Assembly: GCA_964016885.1 (NCBI GenBank)
Contig: OZ024744.1
Location: 29,264,001-29,328,000, forward strand
Direction of reading: 5' to 3'
Source: Eledone cirrhosa
Lineage: Eukaryota
Length of the DNA: 64,000 bases
The position numbers and the translations under genes were made by a program. The notes beneath the pieces are model-generated. The model saw only the letters and a program-made list of their open reading frames with translations. It made no database searches and had not been told where the DNA came from. This document shows, one piece after another, positions 1 to 12,659 of this stretch (positions are counted from its first letter, which is position 1; the number at the start of each line of letters is the position of its first letter).

Positions 1-684
1 TCCGAGATGCGCACAGAGTGACGAAACCATTGTGCACGCATTCGTTCAGTGTCCGAGCATTGCTGACTTGTGGAGCTCTGTCGAACAGCTGCTGTCGCGT
101 GTAGGACGGATCCGGTTATCGACTGAGTCCATTGTGCAGATATCCCCGCCATCCTCCTTTAAAGAGGAGGAAGGGCAGGCAGTTTTATCTGCCTGGTGGC
201 CATGGCGAAAGAGATTGTGTGGTGGACAAGGTTGAAAGGGTTGAAGACGGACACTTTCCTCTCCGGCCAGTCCCTGATTAACTTTTTCAAGTTTCACTTG
301 AAGAGGAAAATCAGGGTGGAGAGGCAAGTGCTGTCTTCTAGTAAGTTTGTTGAAAGGTGGGTGAAAGTGGCGAGTCTGGTCCGAGTGAACGGGCCCGCTC
401 TGAGTATGCGCCTGTAGACTGAGGAGTGGGAAAAGTGGGAGAGGGCGCTTGCCCTGGTGGTCAGGGTGGCCGTGGTCTTTTGTGTGGTTTTCGCCATGAG
501 TGACCCTCGGAGTTTACCCCTTTTCGTGGAATTTTTGTTGTTTTAATTTTTTATTTCTATCTTGTTATAACCTGTTTACATGGCCAAAACCCACTTTGTA
601 TCGTCCTGTACCGTTCTGTGCCGTCTCTAACGTTTTTCTTCATGTTAGCCCTTGTGGCCACTAAAGAAACCATTATTATTATTA
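1..684 (+). mobile_element. 3' fragment of Tx1-clade LINE (ORF2 C-terminus, 3' UTR, (ATT)n tail)
   Basis: ORF pieces 32-417 match the C-terminus of the 15326-16078 ORF (DETxxHAxVQCP, KEIVWWTRLKGLKT). Ends in the conserved cccttgtgg..aaagaaa terminus plus (ATT)n. Confidence 0.9.
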
Positions 685-865
685 TGGATTGGCAGTATCG
701 GTAGAGGGTCGGACGCCATGTTTTCCAGCATAGTTACGTCCCTTTACGGTCTGAGTTTAAATCCCGCCGAGGGTGACTTTGCCTTTCATCCTTACGGGGT
801 CGATAAAATAAAGTACCAGTAATGTACTGGGTGTTTGCTGGCCTTGTGCCAAAAGTAGACATAGT
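685..865 (+). mobile_element. tRNA-derived SINE
   Basis: Box A-like tggcagtatcgg and box B-like gagtttaaatccc. Body gactttgcctttcatccttacggggtcgataaaataaagtaccagt recurs at 47.2 kb and 61.2 kb. Confidence 0.85.
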
Positions 866-926
866 TATCATTATTATTATTGTATTTTACCCTACATGTC
901 GGCTCTTGTGGCTAATAAATGAAATC

Positions 927-1700
927 AGCACGACGGAGAGATCCTGGGCATCGAAGATCAGCTGTTTGCTCTCTTCCGGAGAACTTTCAGCCCAGGGCCT
1001 ATGGATAACTTCCAAAAATCCCTGGCCTGGCAGAGCTACCGGGGAGCGTTGCCGGTTCGAGATAAGCTCTACAGGCACGGAAGTCCTGTCAGCCGAGCCT
1101 GTCCGAGATGCGCGCAGAGCGACGAAACCGTCATGCACGCACTCGTTCAGTGTCCGACATTGCTGAATTGTGGAGCTATGTCGAACAGTTGCTCTCACGT
1201 GTGGGACTGATCCAGTTATCGACTGAGTCCATTGTGCAGATGGTCTCGCCGGCTTCCTTCGAGGAGGACGGGCAGGAAGTTTTCATCTGCCTGGTGGCCA
1301 TTGCGAAAGAGATTGTGTGGTGGACAAGGTTGAAAGGGTTAAAGACAGACACTTTCCTCTTCAGCGAATCCCTAATTAACTTTTTCAAGTTTCACTTGAA
1401 GAGGAAAATCAGGGTGGAGAGGCAAGTGCTGCTTTCTAGCAAGTTTGTTGAAAGGTGGGTGAATGTAGCGAGAATGGTCCGAGTGAACGGGACCGCTCTA
1501 AATATACGCCTGTAGTTTGAGAAATGGAAAAATTGAGAGAGGGCGCTTGCCATGGTGGTCAGGATGGCCGTGGTCTTTTGTGTGGTTTTCGCGACGAGTA
1601 ACCCTCGGAGGTTTCCCTCCTATTGGGGAATTTTTTATTGTTTCAATTTTCATTTTTATTGTTTATATATATATATATGTTTCTATGTCTCTTTCTTCTT
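927..1700 (+). mobile_element. 5'-truncated Tx1 LINE copy (ORF2 C-terminus and partial 3' UTR)
   Basis: MDNFQKSLAWQ, CPRCAQSDET and the C-terminal segment match the 15.3-16.1 kb copy; frameshifted. Confidence 0.88.
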
Positions 1701-1938
1701 TTCTTGTCGATGACGAACCATAAGTTACCCACCTAGGTCCCAAGAGGGGGAGACTTCTCAATATTCGGGCTTTAAGCCCGAATATTCAGATTTATTTTTT
1801 AAAACTTCGAAAATATCCCCCCCCCCCTCCGCCTAAAAAAAGAGAAATTTTCGACCTTAAACGGTAAACAACGTTCAGGTAAAAAGTTAAAAAACAACCA
1901 CTATAGATCTCACCACAACTACTACTACTACCACAGAC

Positions 1939-3793
1939 ATGTCTGCCGACCATTCCACTGAATGTGAAGGCAAATCACAAGGGTTACCATCACAACCGCT
2001 CCCTTCTGTGATAGTAGCAGTATCATCTCAAAACGACATCACTACCACCACCACCACCACCACAACAACAACAACAACAACAACAACAACCCAGAAATAC
2101 AACGACAATAATACCAACAACCTCAATATAAACACTAATAACGATAGCAACAGCAACAACAAACAAAACAACAACAACAACACCAACAACAACAGCAAGA
2201 ACGACACCTTTGCAGCTTTGCAGCGGCCGCGGCGTAAACAAAGCGCTTCTTCAATGTAGAATTTAGCGAAAAGGAACAACAGTTGGCCCAAGCGTGGAGG
2301 TTAATTGAACGAGAGAAGTCCATCCCGGACGGGGCAATAGCAGCCATGCAAAGGAGGACGGTATACTTTCGATGTATTTCAGTGCAGACACGCAGAGTGG
2401 AACTCGCCAGCCAAGCAGAAGTCGAGGCTGCTTTAAAGTGCATCGGAAGTGACATCGAGTACAAAGCAAAGGCCAAGCAGTTCGGTACCATCTCGGTACT
2501 GTTCAAAAGCGAGGGCCTTGCTATTAAGCACTCGGTGACCCCCTGCACGACGGAACGCATTAACATGCACCCGTCCTACATGGGCAAAAGGACAGTAAAG
2601 TTCCGCATTCCCAGGCTCCCACCAGGAATAAACATATGGTGGCTCATGGGATGCGTAATCGAGGAGGGAACAGACACTACCCTCCTAGATATCAAAAGGA
2701 CAGAGAGAAGATTGGTCCGGAATGGATTTGGAGATTCTTATCCAAATGAAACCAGAGGACATCAAAACATCCCGGGTTTTGCCCGCCTACAGGACGGGAC
2801 AACAATCCAATTAATCACTAAGGGAAGAAAGCCGCACTGCTTCGTCTGCGGGGAAGCAACGCATCTGCAAGCCTTCTGCCTCAGTTCAAAAATGCAGGGA
2901 GTCGCAAACCTCCTTTGTTGCCAACGCCAGTGTCAGCATGGAAAGCTGCACCACCACAACCAAAGTCAACATCAACAATTACACGGGTAACCCCACCAAC
3001 ATCAAAAACAGCCGGACGACCACCAGCACCGAAACCAACCCAAGGAGAAAACGAAGAAAGCCCTCCTACTCCCCCTACCCCTCCAATCATACACATGGAC
3101 AAAACTGTAAATGCACACACAGACGCAGATACACTCACAGCCATAGATCCTTCGTCTTCCAGCAGTGAAGATGAAGGAAAACCCAAAAGTGCCAAAAAAC
3201 AAAAGAGAAAACTCACCAAAAAAAGCCCCCACAAAACAGAAAAACATCCACATCAAAAAATACAGACACCACCAACGCAAACACTTCCCCAACAACACCA
3301 ACACCAACATCAATGCTATCCCCTAAATGCAAACAACCTAAACAGACACAAGAATAAGTAAACACACAGACACCTGAAATTGCAGACACCACACCTTCAA
3401 CAAACACAAACATACCCGAAACAACACTACCAAAACCATCTCCACCACATTCACTGAAACGAAAACAAGTAAAACCACACCAACAAAACATAAAAAACCA
3501 TCATGCTTGTCAGAAAGGCCAACGATAAATTGATGGCCCTCTTTGCACGAAGCGAGGACATTCAAACAGAGGGGGAGATCTTTGAATTGAACACATTTTG
3601 CGTACCAGAAGATTTGTTTCTGGTGCGAATGTCGCTCGATTCCTACAAAGAAATTCGAGAGAGCTTTCCTCAAGACGTGGGAACCCCGAACGTGAAACCC
3701 ACATCAAGACTTTTAAAGGAGTTCCCAAAAGAAACCCCACCATCCACGGAGGTCGAACCACCCGACCTTCACAAGACCCCGGGAGATAAGTAA
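1939..3793 (+). pseudogene. Tx1 ORF1 (gag-like, CCHC knuckle), disrupted
   Basis: Fragments 1939-2259, 2283-2990, 2915-3361 and 3503-3793 are colinear with the intact ORF1 at 10616. Confidence 0.8.
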
Positions 3794-3822
3794 ACCTTCC
3801 CTCTCTCTTTTAGCTTGCCAAC

Positions 3823-6800
3823 ATGGCCATATTAAGAGTAGGAAGTCACCCTGGAAGCAGGGTCGCCTTCTCAACGACCTCGGGTCGCTGGAAATGGATG
3901 TGATTGCCGTCAGCGTGACCAGGATTTCCGACACACACTCACTAGTCCCCATTTTCGACGACTATCAGATCTTCGCCTCTGTTAGCAGGCCGGAATGGGA
4001 GGTGGAGTGGCGGTGGTGTTTAGGAGAGGTCTGAATCTCGAGATAAGGTCGATCTTCCGTGACCAGGACGGTAAGTTGGTGGTCCTGGATGTGAGCAGTA
4101 GTGAAGGTGGTGCCTTTAGACTGCTGGCCGTCTACGACCCTACTGTGGCCGGACAACCGGACTGCTTTAGGCGCCTGGAAACCTTTCTGGGTACGTCTCG
4201 CCCTTTACTGTTAGCGGGGGACCGGAACGGCATCTTAGACGCACGCTGGGATTGTGTGCGAGTAGCTGATAGCAGTGGGGTGTGCAAAAACATCAACCAC
4301 CTAATCAACCAGTTCCAACTAGATTTACCCAATGCGCCAGTGTGGACGTGGACCAACATACATAGGGTCATCTAGATCGTACATAGACAGGATCTTCATG
4401 AGGAAAATAGATAGAAATAGTGTAAGCTGCCCACTTTTTAAAACGGTCACCTATTCAGATCACAAATTTGTGATCTGTATAGTCGACCTAGTTAAAATGC
4501 GTAGGTTAGGACCGGGTTACTGGAAGCTGAACAGGTCATTTCCGGCACATAAGGCTTACAGGGACCGAGTCAACAATTTAGTTAAGCAAAAGTTGACAGG
4601 GGGATCATCAACAACAGATGGTGGGGGGCTCTCAAAAGAGAGATTAGAGTAACTTTGATAGAGTTCAGCAAAGAACTAGCGTTAGAGAAAAATAGAAAGG
4701 AGAGGGAGCTGGTAGATAAGTTAGACGAGGCTATTTGTAGTGGCATTGCAACTAACGTGCTAGCGATGAGAATGGCATTAGGCCATTTCTTCAATGCGAA
4801 ACACGAAGGTTGCATTGTCAGACCTAAGGCGCGTGCGCTGAGAAACGAGGGAACCAAAGCTGTTCGATGGGCCCGCGTGGCAGAGGCGCAGCGTGGTAAT
4901 AAAACCACAATTCGGTCTTTGGCGGACCGAGACGGACACGAGATAAGCGATTCCAAGCGGATGTGTGAGGCCTGTCACCAGCACTTTGCTCGGATGTTCG
5001 GGGAGAGTGGCGGGTCAGAGAGCTTCAGTGCCTACTTCGACGGCTTGCCACGCATCTCGACGGTTGACGGTGAGCGCTGCGAAAGGCCGATTACTTTAGC
5101 CGAAATTTAGGACGCCCTTGTCTGCTGCATGAGGCGCAAGTCACCCGGTTTGGATGGCCTGTCCTACGAGCCTTACGTAACTATGCCAGACTTGTTCTCG
5201 GATCTCCTCGAATCGCTCTACTGCAACTGGCAGCAGAATGGGAGTATTCCCAGTTCTGTGAGCAGGGGATGGTGACGCTGATAAGGAAAGACGAGAAAAA
5301 GAGGGATACATTAGACAAGTTCAGGCCCATAACTCTGCTCAACACAGAGTTTAAGATTTTGGCCAAGGTGTTAGCAAATAGATTGGCGCTTGTCGTCGAG
5401 GATTTTGTTGGGGAGGCGCAAACTTGCGCAATCCCAGCCAGGTCCATACACGACAACCTCCACCTCACGCGATACATCATAGAGAGGGTTGGGTGTAAAC
5501 CTGGCTTCGTTGGGGCACTGATCAATTTAGATCAATCGAAAGCATTCGATAGTGTCGACCATCGGTATCTGGAGGCTGTCCTCAAAGCAGCTCGCTTCGG
5601 CCCTGTCTTCAGAAGCTGGATCGCTGCAATGCACAGCGGTACCCGCTTGGTGGTCAAGTTTAATGGCCACTTCTTGGAACCGTTTCGGCTCTCCCGATTG
5701 GTCCGTCAAGGGGGCCCTCTCTCTTCTCTTCTGTACGTATTGAACCTGGAGCTGTTACAGAGCATCCCACTCGAACCGGAAAGTGGAGAGGCTGTGTCGG
5801 CTTATGTGGACGACATCACCGTGATGGACGCGGACACCTCAGAAATCGAGGTGGTCTGCACCTTATTGAAGGAATATGAAAGGTTGAAAAGAGTGAAACT
5901 TAACCCGGAAAATTCGGTGGGCTTGCAGCTCGGAACCTGGAGAGGCAAGTCCATGCCGTCTAACAGTGTCGTGCGGCGTTGGACGGACGGACCGGTAAAG
6001 TTGCTCGGGGTTTGGTTCGGACCAGACCTCCAGATGGATAATAATTGTGATGAGGTAACGAGCAGGGAGCCAGTCTCACCCCAAAATAGGCTGCGAAGAA
6101 GCTCTTAGTGAAACGTCGCGTGGTGCTGGCGACTGCGTATATCGCGTCTGTCATCTACTACCACCTGACAGTCGTGCCTTGCCCACGTCCGCGCCTCACC
6201 ATGTTGGAACGGCTCCTCTTCAAATTCTTGTGGAGAGGACAAGTCCCGTTGGTGAGGCGGCCCATCTGTTGCCAACATCCTCTACGCGGAGGGCTGGGCT
6301 TGCCGTGACTAATGATGCGCAAACATGCGCTGAGGCTGCGACATATCCAGATATTCTGCCTAAACGGTGAACAGGTGTGGTTGCCGGTTTATCAGGCGAG
6401 CCTTTCCGCAGCTCATTTCTTTGACTGTGCTGCAGTCCTGAGTCAAGAAGAGACCGAGACTGGGTGACTGGCATCTGGAATGTTGCCAGGCACTCACTGC
6501 CCTCTACCAAGCGGGCAATGCGATCAGTGGAACTTCCACTCTCGTGTTCTATAGGGGATTAGTGGTGGGAAAGTGCGATGATGCACTCGGAGAAATCCAT
6601 CGCTTGGCAGTGCTACCAAGGAGCACTGCCGGTTCGGAATAAGCTCTACATGCATGGAAGTGTTGTCAGACGGACCTGCCTGAGATGCGCACAGAGCGAC
6701 GAAACCGTTCTGCACGCACTCTTTCAATGTCTTGTGGAGTTATGTCAAGCAGCTGTTGTCGCGTGTAGAACGGATCCGGCTATCGGTCGAGTCCATAGTG

Positions 6801-7078
6801 AAGATCGACCGACCTCCTTCCTTTGGTCAGGAAGCGCAGGCAATTTTCCTCTGTCTGGTGGCCGTTGCGAAAGAGGGTATATGGTGGACCAGATTGAAAG
6901 GACTGAAGACAGACACTTTTCTCTTCGGCCAAACCCTCATCAACTTCTTCAAGTTTCACTTGGAAAGGAAGGTGATGGTGGCGAGAGAACTGCTGCCCCC
7001 AGTACATTTGCTAAAAGGCGGGTGAATGTGGCAAGGGTGGTCCGTGTGAATGGGCCTACTCTGACCATGCGCCTATAG
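3823..7078 (+). pseudogene. Tx1 ORF2 (APE endonuclease-reverse transcriptase), multiple stops and frameshifts
   Basis: GGGVAV, SDH, WKLN, FRPITLLNTEFKILAK, LDQSKAFD, VRQG, YVDD and KLLGV motifs. Confidence 0.9.
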
Positions 7079-7337
7079 ACCAGCTAATTTGGGGAGGAGA
7101 TGGGTGCTCTCCCCGGTGGCCCTAGAAGCGCAGGGTGGTTCAGGATGGGTGGGGTACATGAGTCACCCTGAGTCATCACCCTCCCCCCCTATAGGGGAAT
7201 TAATTTTGTTACATTTATGCATAATTTATTTTATATTTTTTATATCTTCATTGTTAAATTAGTCTTGCCATTGTGCACTTTTCCTCGACCTTATTGTAAA
7301 CCCCTACTGTCCCTGTCTTTGTATTGTCATCTATTAT

Positions 7338-9270
7338 GCTGCAGCCCTGGGTCAAGCGAAGACCGATAGGGAGCGCTTGGAGACTGGAATGTCTTCAGGC
7401 GCTCACAGCCCTCGATAAATAGGACAATGTGATCGGTGGAAACTCCACCTCGGCGTTCTATAGAGGATTATAGTGGAGGGGAAGAGCGACAACGTACTTG
7501 GGGAAACTCTAGGCCTCGACGAAAATCAACTAGCCAATCTCTTCGGAAGAACTTTCGGGCCGGGGCCTATGGACAACTTCTAGAAATCCCTGGTCATTAC
7601 TGCACAAACTGGAGACGTTGACGGGGTTCCCGCGCGAACTAGGATGCGGAAGATCCGTGTCAGCATATGCCGACGATGTCACCGTAGTGGTGTCGAACGC
7701 CAAACACATCGAGGCGATCGGCACTACACTAAGAGAATACGAAGCGGTGACAGGAGCAATGATCAACCAGGAAAAGTCAGTGGGCCTGCAGCTCGGCACC
7801 TGGAGAGGCAGGTCCATGCCGTCCAACAGCGTCGTCGGGCGCTGGACGGACGGACCGGTTAAATTGCTAGGGGTCTGGTTCGGTCCGGACCTCCAGACGG
7901 ACAAAAACTGGGACGAGGTGACGAGCAGGGTGGCTTCTCTCACCCTGAAAGGTCGAGCGGAGGTGGCTAACGCGTACATCGCGTCTGTCATCTGCTACCG
8001 CCTGACCGTCGTACCTTGTCCTAAGCCTCGCCTGACTGCGCTGGAGCGTTTGCTCTTTCGCTTTTTGTGGAAGGGACGCTCTCCGAAGGTCAGGCGGTCC
8101 ATCTGTTGTCAACACCCGCTACGTGGAGGGCTGGGCAGCCGTGGCTGATGATGCGCAGGCACGCGCTCAGGCTACGACATCTCCACCTCTTCCTCGACGG
8201 TGATCAGGTGTGGTCGCCGTTTGCTAGACACGTGTTTCCCCAGCTCGTTTCCTTGACGGAGCTGCAGTCCTGGGTCAAGCGAAGACCGAGAGGGAGCGCC
8301 TGGAGACTGGAATGTCTTCAGGCGCTCACAGCCCTCGACCAATCGGGCAATGTGATCGGTGGAAACTCCACCTCGGCGTTCTATAGAGGATTAGTGGAGG
8401 GGAAGAGCGACGACGTACTTGGGGAAACTCTAGGCGTCGACGAAAATCAACTAGCCAATCTCTTCGGAAGAACTTTCGGGCCAGGGCCTATGGACAACTT
8501 CCAGAAATCTCTGGCCTGGCAGTGCTACCGAGGAGCCTTGCCAGTTCGGGATAAACTCTAAAGGCATGGAGGTGCCGTCAGCCGGGCATGTGCGAGATGC
8601 GCGCAGGGCGACGAAACCGTCCTGCACGCACTCGTCCAGTGTCCGAAAATTGCTGACTTGTGGGTTTATGTCGAACACCTGCTGTCGCTGGTAGGACGGA
8701 TCCGGCTATCATCTGAGTCCATCGTGAGGATTGCCCCGCCCTCCTCCTTTAGCCGGGAAGGGCAGGCAGTTTTTATCTGTCTGGTGGCCATGGCGAAAGA
8801 GATAGTATGGTGGACACGTTTGAAAGGGCTGAAGACGAGCACTTACCTCTTCGGTGATGCTCTGATTGACTTTTTCAAATTTCATTTGAAAAGGAAAATC
8901 AGAGTAGAGAGGGGAGTGCTCTCTTCCCAGCATTTTGTTGAAAGATGGGTGAGAGAAGCAAGAATGGCCCGAGTGAATGGGCCTACTCTCAGTATATATC
9001 TGTAAATTAAAGGTGGAAGACTGGGAGAGGGCACTTGCCTTGGTGGCCAGGGTCATTGTGGCCTTTTACTGGGCTTTCTCCACAAATGTCCCTCCGAAGT
9101 CTCCCCCCATTGGGGAATTTTTCATTGTTATTTTTTGTTACATCCTCTGTTTTTGTTTTTTACACGTAGAAATGCCCATTTGTACCGTCCTGTATTGTCC
9201 TGCACTGTCCTTAATGTCTACTTTATGTAAACCCTTGTGGTTAATAAAGAAATCATTATTATTATTATTA
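7338..9270 (+). mobile_element. Rearranged 5'-truncated Tx1 copy, closely related to the 10.4 kb element
   Basis: 7338-7592 matches ~15333-15588, then jumps back to match ~14638 onward (YADD) through the 3' UTR; AATAAA and (ATT)n tail at 9255-9270. Confidence 0.9.
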
Positions 9271-10372
9271 CAGTTGCATTTATCTTGCTTTATGTTCATA
9301 CGAGTTATCACAAAGTCACAACCAGTGACCTCAAGAGACAACAAGGTCCGCCATGTTCAAGAAAGAACATACATATTCACACATGCATCTTTAGTGTTTA
9401 GACTTGTGATGTACTTATATTGACAGAATCTTCCTTAGTATATGGGCAGTTCCCATTAGTACTATCTTTTGTATTTCTCCTATACGCGGGTTTCCTGGGA
9501 TTTGCGATAAGTAATCATTAGCCCCCTTAGGTATCATTCCCAGAGCGCCTACAACCACTGGTATTGTTTTAGTTCTCAATTTCCACATGTTTCCAATTTC
9601 TATCTCCAGGCCCTTATACTTGCTCAATTTTTCAAATGTTTTTGTAGATACATTCTTCTCTATTGGAACAGACATATCAATTAGCAGGCATACCCTCTTT
9701 TGAAAGTCTTTCAATATTATATCAGGTCTGTTTGCATCTATTTTTCGGTCTGTTTGGATGCTAAAGTTCCACAAGATTGAGATGTGATCTTTTTCAAGTA
9801 TGGGAGGTGGTTGATGCTCCCACCAATTCTTTTGATGGGGCAGGTCAAAATGCTTACACATTATCCAATGTATGTATTGTGCAGCTCTGTCATGCCTGTT
9901 TTGGTATTCGGTTGGAGCTATAGGACTGCACATTGAAATTATATGGTCAATGGTCTCTGGTTGTTCTTTGCATACACGGCATAATGGGCTGCACCCATTT
10001 TTTATTATGTTGGCTTGGTAATTTTTTGTTGGCAGACACTGATCTTGTGCCGATATAATCAGTCCTTCAGTCTCCGATTTCAGTCCAGAGGATGCCAACC
10101 ACTGATGGGTTAAAGTTTTGTCAACATCAGGATTGTTAGCTCGCTCTGGGTATTTTCCATACAGAGGCTTTTCTTGCCATTTCTTAGCCAGTTTCTGTAG
10201 CAGTTCTTTCTTTGCAGTTACTTTTACCTGCTTTGCTTTTTCTGTGTTTTCCATTTCAGCAGTAAATGGGACTTCTGAAATTTGGAGTCCATTACTGTAT
10301 CTTTGTGCATCTTTTGTAATGGAATATGATCTTTTGATGCTTTCGTGTTTCAAAACGAGTTTGATCATCCAA
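9271..10372 (-). mobile_element. 5'-truncated R4/Dong-clade non-LTR retrotransposon (restriction-like endonuclease)
   Basis: ORF 9415-10368 has CRVC..ETIDHIISMC knuckle, RHD, NRPD..IDMSVP..K..KY and IPVVVGALG, i.e. an RLE domain. Flanked both sides by (TAA)n. Confidence 0.88.
9415..10368 (-). CDS. C-terminal part of R4/Dong-type protein (zinc knuckle plus PD-(D/E)xK RLE); open but 5'-truncated
   Basis: 317-aa uninterrupted frame with diagnostic motifs; the RT domain is absent. Confidence 0.8.
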   Translation of the reverse strand: MIKLVLKHESIKRSYSITKDAQRYSNGLQISEVPFTAEMENTEKAKQVKVTAKKELLQKLAKKWQEKPLYGKYPERANNPDVDKTLTHQWLASSGLKSETEGLIISAQDQCLPTKNYQANIIKNGCSPLCRVCKEQPETIDHIISMCSPIAPTEYQNRHDRAAQYIHWIMCKHFDLPHQKNWWEHQPPPILEKDHISILWNFSIQTDRKIDANRPDIILKDFQKRVCLLIDMSVPIEKNVSTKTFEKLSKYKGLEIEIGNMWKLRTKTIPVVVGALGMIPKGANDYLSQIPGNPRIGEIQKIVLMGTAHILRKILSI

Positions 10373-10375
10373 TCA

Positions 10376-10408
<33 letters not shown>
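10376..10408. repeat. (ATT)11 microsatellite between the R4/Dong fragment and the Tx1 5' end
   Basis: Directly visible. Confidence 0.97.
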
Positions 10409-10615
10409 GGCGACCTACGTAGTAAATCGTATCATCGTGAGCTCCGCAAAGGTTTGTTATTTCCGTTTGTTAAAAATTTTCATTTATGGAAAATTTTATT
10501 GTTAACTGTTTATAAGCGCACATACATTGTTTTCCGAAAAGGACACCCAAAAAGATTGGGGCCTTGTGCCCAAAATTTAAACTTTTATTATTATCAAAAA
10601 TTTCTTTGAAAAAAA

Positions 10616-12595
10616 ATGGCTACTTCACCTCTGCACCAAGCAGCTGAAAGCCTTCCTCACAAATTAACACCTCACACCGACACCACCATTGTAAATGTTA
10701 CTACATTTGCCAACACAAAAAAAAATATAAGCAGTAGCAATATTTTAAATTTGTCCCAGGCAGACATTCATTTCCCGCCATTACCAATGACTACAGGTGT
10801 TAAAGCCTCCACCACCACCACCACCGCGACAACCACCACCCCCACCACCACCGCGACAACAGAAACAAAAGAAGAAAAAAATAAATTAACTCGTGATGTC
10901 GAAATGAAATCAAGCAAAATGGACTCTTCCCCACCAAAGACGACTGACGTCACCACCACCACAACTGAAACTAAAATTAATATTAACACAAATAACGATA
11001 GCAACAACAACAACAATGACATTATAAAACCGACCCTCAGTTTCGCCAGAGTAGCAAAACAGTTCGAAGCATTTACGGTAACTCAGGAGGATTTAGAAAA
11101 TGCCAAACAAATGGTAAAGAAAGATGGGTACAGGGTCAGCCTCACACCCCCCCCACCCCACCCCCCACCTAATAAAATGGAGCATCGGCGCCTATGCACC
11201 GTGTCGTATAGAACAATAAATGTAAAATCGCGCCGAGTGGAACGGGCATCCGAGTCCCAAATCCAAAAAGCTTTGGGACATGTGTGGGAAAGAAAAACCC
11301 ACATCAGACGTGGGCAGAAGTATGGAACCGTGGACGTGTTCTTTGAAACACCAGAGGAGGCTAGAGAACACTCCATGGCCCCATTAAGAAGTGACGACTT
11401 CACACTCGTCCCAAGCTATTGGGGCCAGAGACTCGTAAAGATCAGGGTGACCCACGTACCACCGGCCATCGAAATTCCCTGGCTAATAGCGGCCATCCTC
11501 GCCGGCATCGAAGCCAACACAAAAATAATAGCAATAGCAAAAGAAAAGCAGGAGAACTGGTCCGGATCTGGGATGGAGCTCCTGATCCAAGCGGACCAAA
11601 AAAGCATTGAGGAGATCCCAGAGGTAATAGACCTCACTGACGGCAGCTACCTCACGGTAATTGTCGAGGGCAGAAGACCTAGGTGTGTCGTTTGTGGTGA
11701 AGGAACCCACCTAAGGGCTTTCTGCCCTCAGGCTAAAAGGTTGAGGCCACCTCTCCTACCCACCCCAGTGACACAACCATCAACACCACCAGTAGCAGAG
11801 ATGGCAGCAACAACTGTAGCAGCAACAACAGAAGCAACTATAACAGCAACAACCCCAGCAACAGTAGCAAAACCAACACCACCACCACCACAAGCAAAAC
11901 CAACACCACCACCACCCAACGCTTCAGAACTAGCACCAGCGCCTACACCATCCACCACGCCACAACCAAAACTAACGGCTGTGGAGGATTTTCCACTCCC
12001 CGGCCTATCACAACTGGAGACAGATTGTGACGACGAGGAGTGGGAAACGATATCCGGAAAAAAAAAAAGAAACCAAAAAAGAAAAAATTCTCTTCCTTCC
12101 CCCTCCAAAAACAAAATACAGGGGGAAACAAATAAACTAAGAAACAAAAAAGTTAGGACAGATATGCCACCATCCACACCAGCATCACCAACCCCATCAA
12201 CCCAAACACCAACACCATCACCATCATTAACCCCAACACCACCATTACCTACACCACAAAAGTCACCAAAATGCGAAACAGAAACAAACCCACAACAAAC
12301 GCAAACAAAACAAAACAACCAAAACGATACACACTACACAGCATTAAATTTGAACAACAAGCAATTATTACACTACATCCAACACAACACCAGCATCACA
12401 GAAAAAGACTACATAACAACCCCAAAATTCACACCACCTCCACACATACAAATCACTCGCATCACACAGAAAACGTACATGATACTAAAACAAAAATTCC
12501 CCAAAGACATCGGAGACTTCCGACAAGTACTCTCCAGGAGGATTTATAAGGACATCCTTCCTGAGGAGGCCACAAGCAGTGAAAAGGATGGATAA
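10616..12595 (+). CDS. Tx1 ORF1 protein (659 aa; RRM-like region, CCHC knuckle, P/T-rich tail)
   Basis: Uninterrupted ATG ORF with CVVCGEGTHLRAFC and a basic KKKRNQKRK segment, directly upstream of the APE-RT ORF. Confidence 0.88.
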   Translation: MATSPLHQAAESLPHKLTPHTDTTIVNVTTFANTKKNISSSNILNLSQADIHFPPLPMTTGVKASTTTTTATTTTPTTTATTETKEEKNKLTRDVEMKSSKMDSSPPKTTDVTTTTTETKININTNNDSNNNNNDIIKPTLSFARVAKQFEAFTVTQEDLENAKQMVKKDGYRVSLTPPPPHPPPNKMEHRRLCTVSYRTINVKSRRVERASESQIQKALGHVWERKTHIRRGQKYGTVDVFFETPEEAREHSMAPLRSDDFTLVPSYWGQRLVKIRVTHVPPAIEIPWLIAAILAGIEANTKIIAIAKEKQENWSGSGMELLIQADQKSIEEIPEVIDLTDGSYLTVIVEGRRPRCVVCGEGTHLRAFCPQAKRLRPPLLPTPVTQPSTPPVAEMAATTVAATTEATITATTPATVAKPTPPPPQAKPTPPPPNASELAPAPTPSTTPQPKLTAVEDFPLPGLSQLETDCDDEEWETISGKKKRNQKRKNSLPSPSKNKIQGETNKLRNKKVRTDMPPSTPASPTPSTQTPTPSPSLTPTPPLPTPQKSPKCETETNPQQTQTKQNNQNDTHYTALNLNNKQLLHYIQHNTSITEKDYITTPKFTPPPHIQITRITQKTYMILKQKFPKDIGDFRQVLSRRIYKDILPEEATSSEKDG

Positions 12596-12659
12596 ACCGT
12601 CCTTCCCCTACGAGAAGTAAGGTAAGTGGTCTTTCCCATCTTTTCCACTCCTTTTCAAC

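Larger units (their letters stand above)
1710..7337 (+). mobile_element. Degenerate full-length Tx1-clade LINE (diverged subfamily)
   Basis: Broken ORF1 (1939-3793) with zinc knuckle CFVCGEATHLQAFC; broken ORF2 from MAILRVGS (~3823) to 7078. The 5' boundary is approximate. Confidence 0.88.

Noticed and set aside
685-780. tRNA gene
   Set aside because: Only box A/B-like motifs, no cloverleaf; the sequence continues as a dispersed SINE body.
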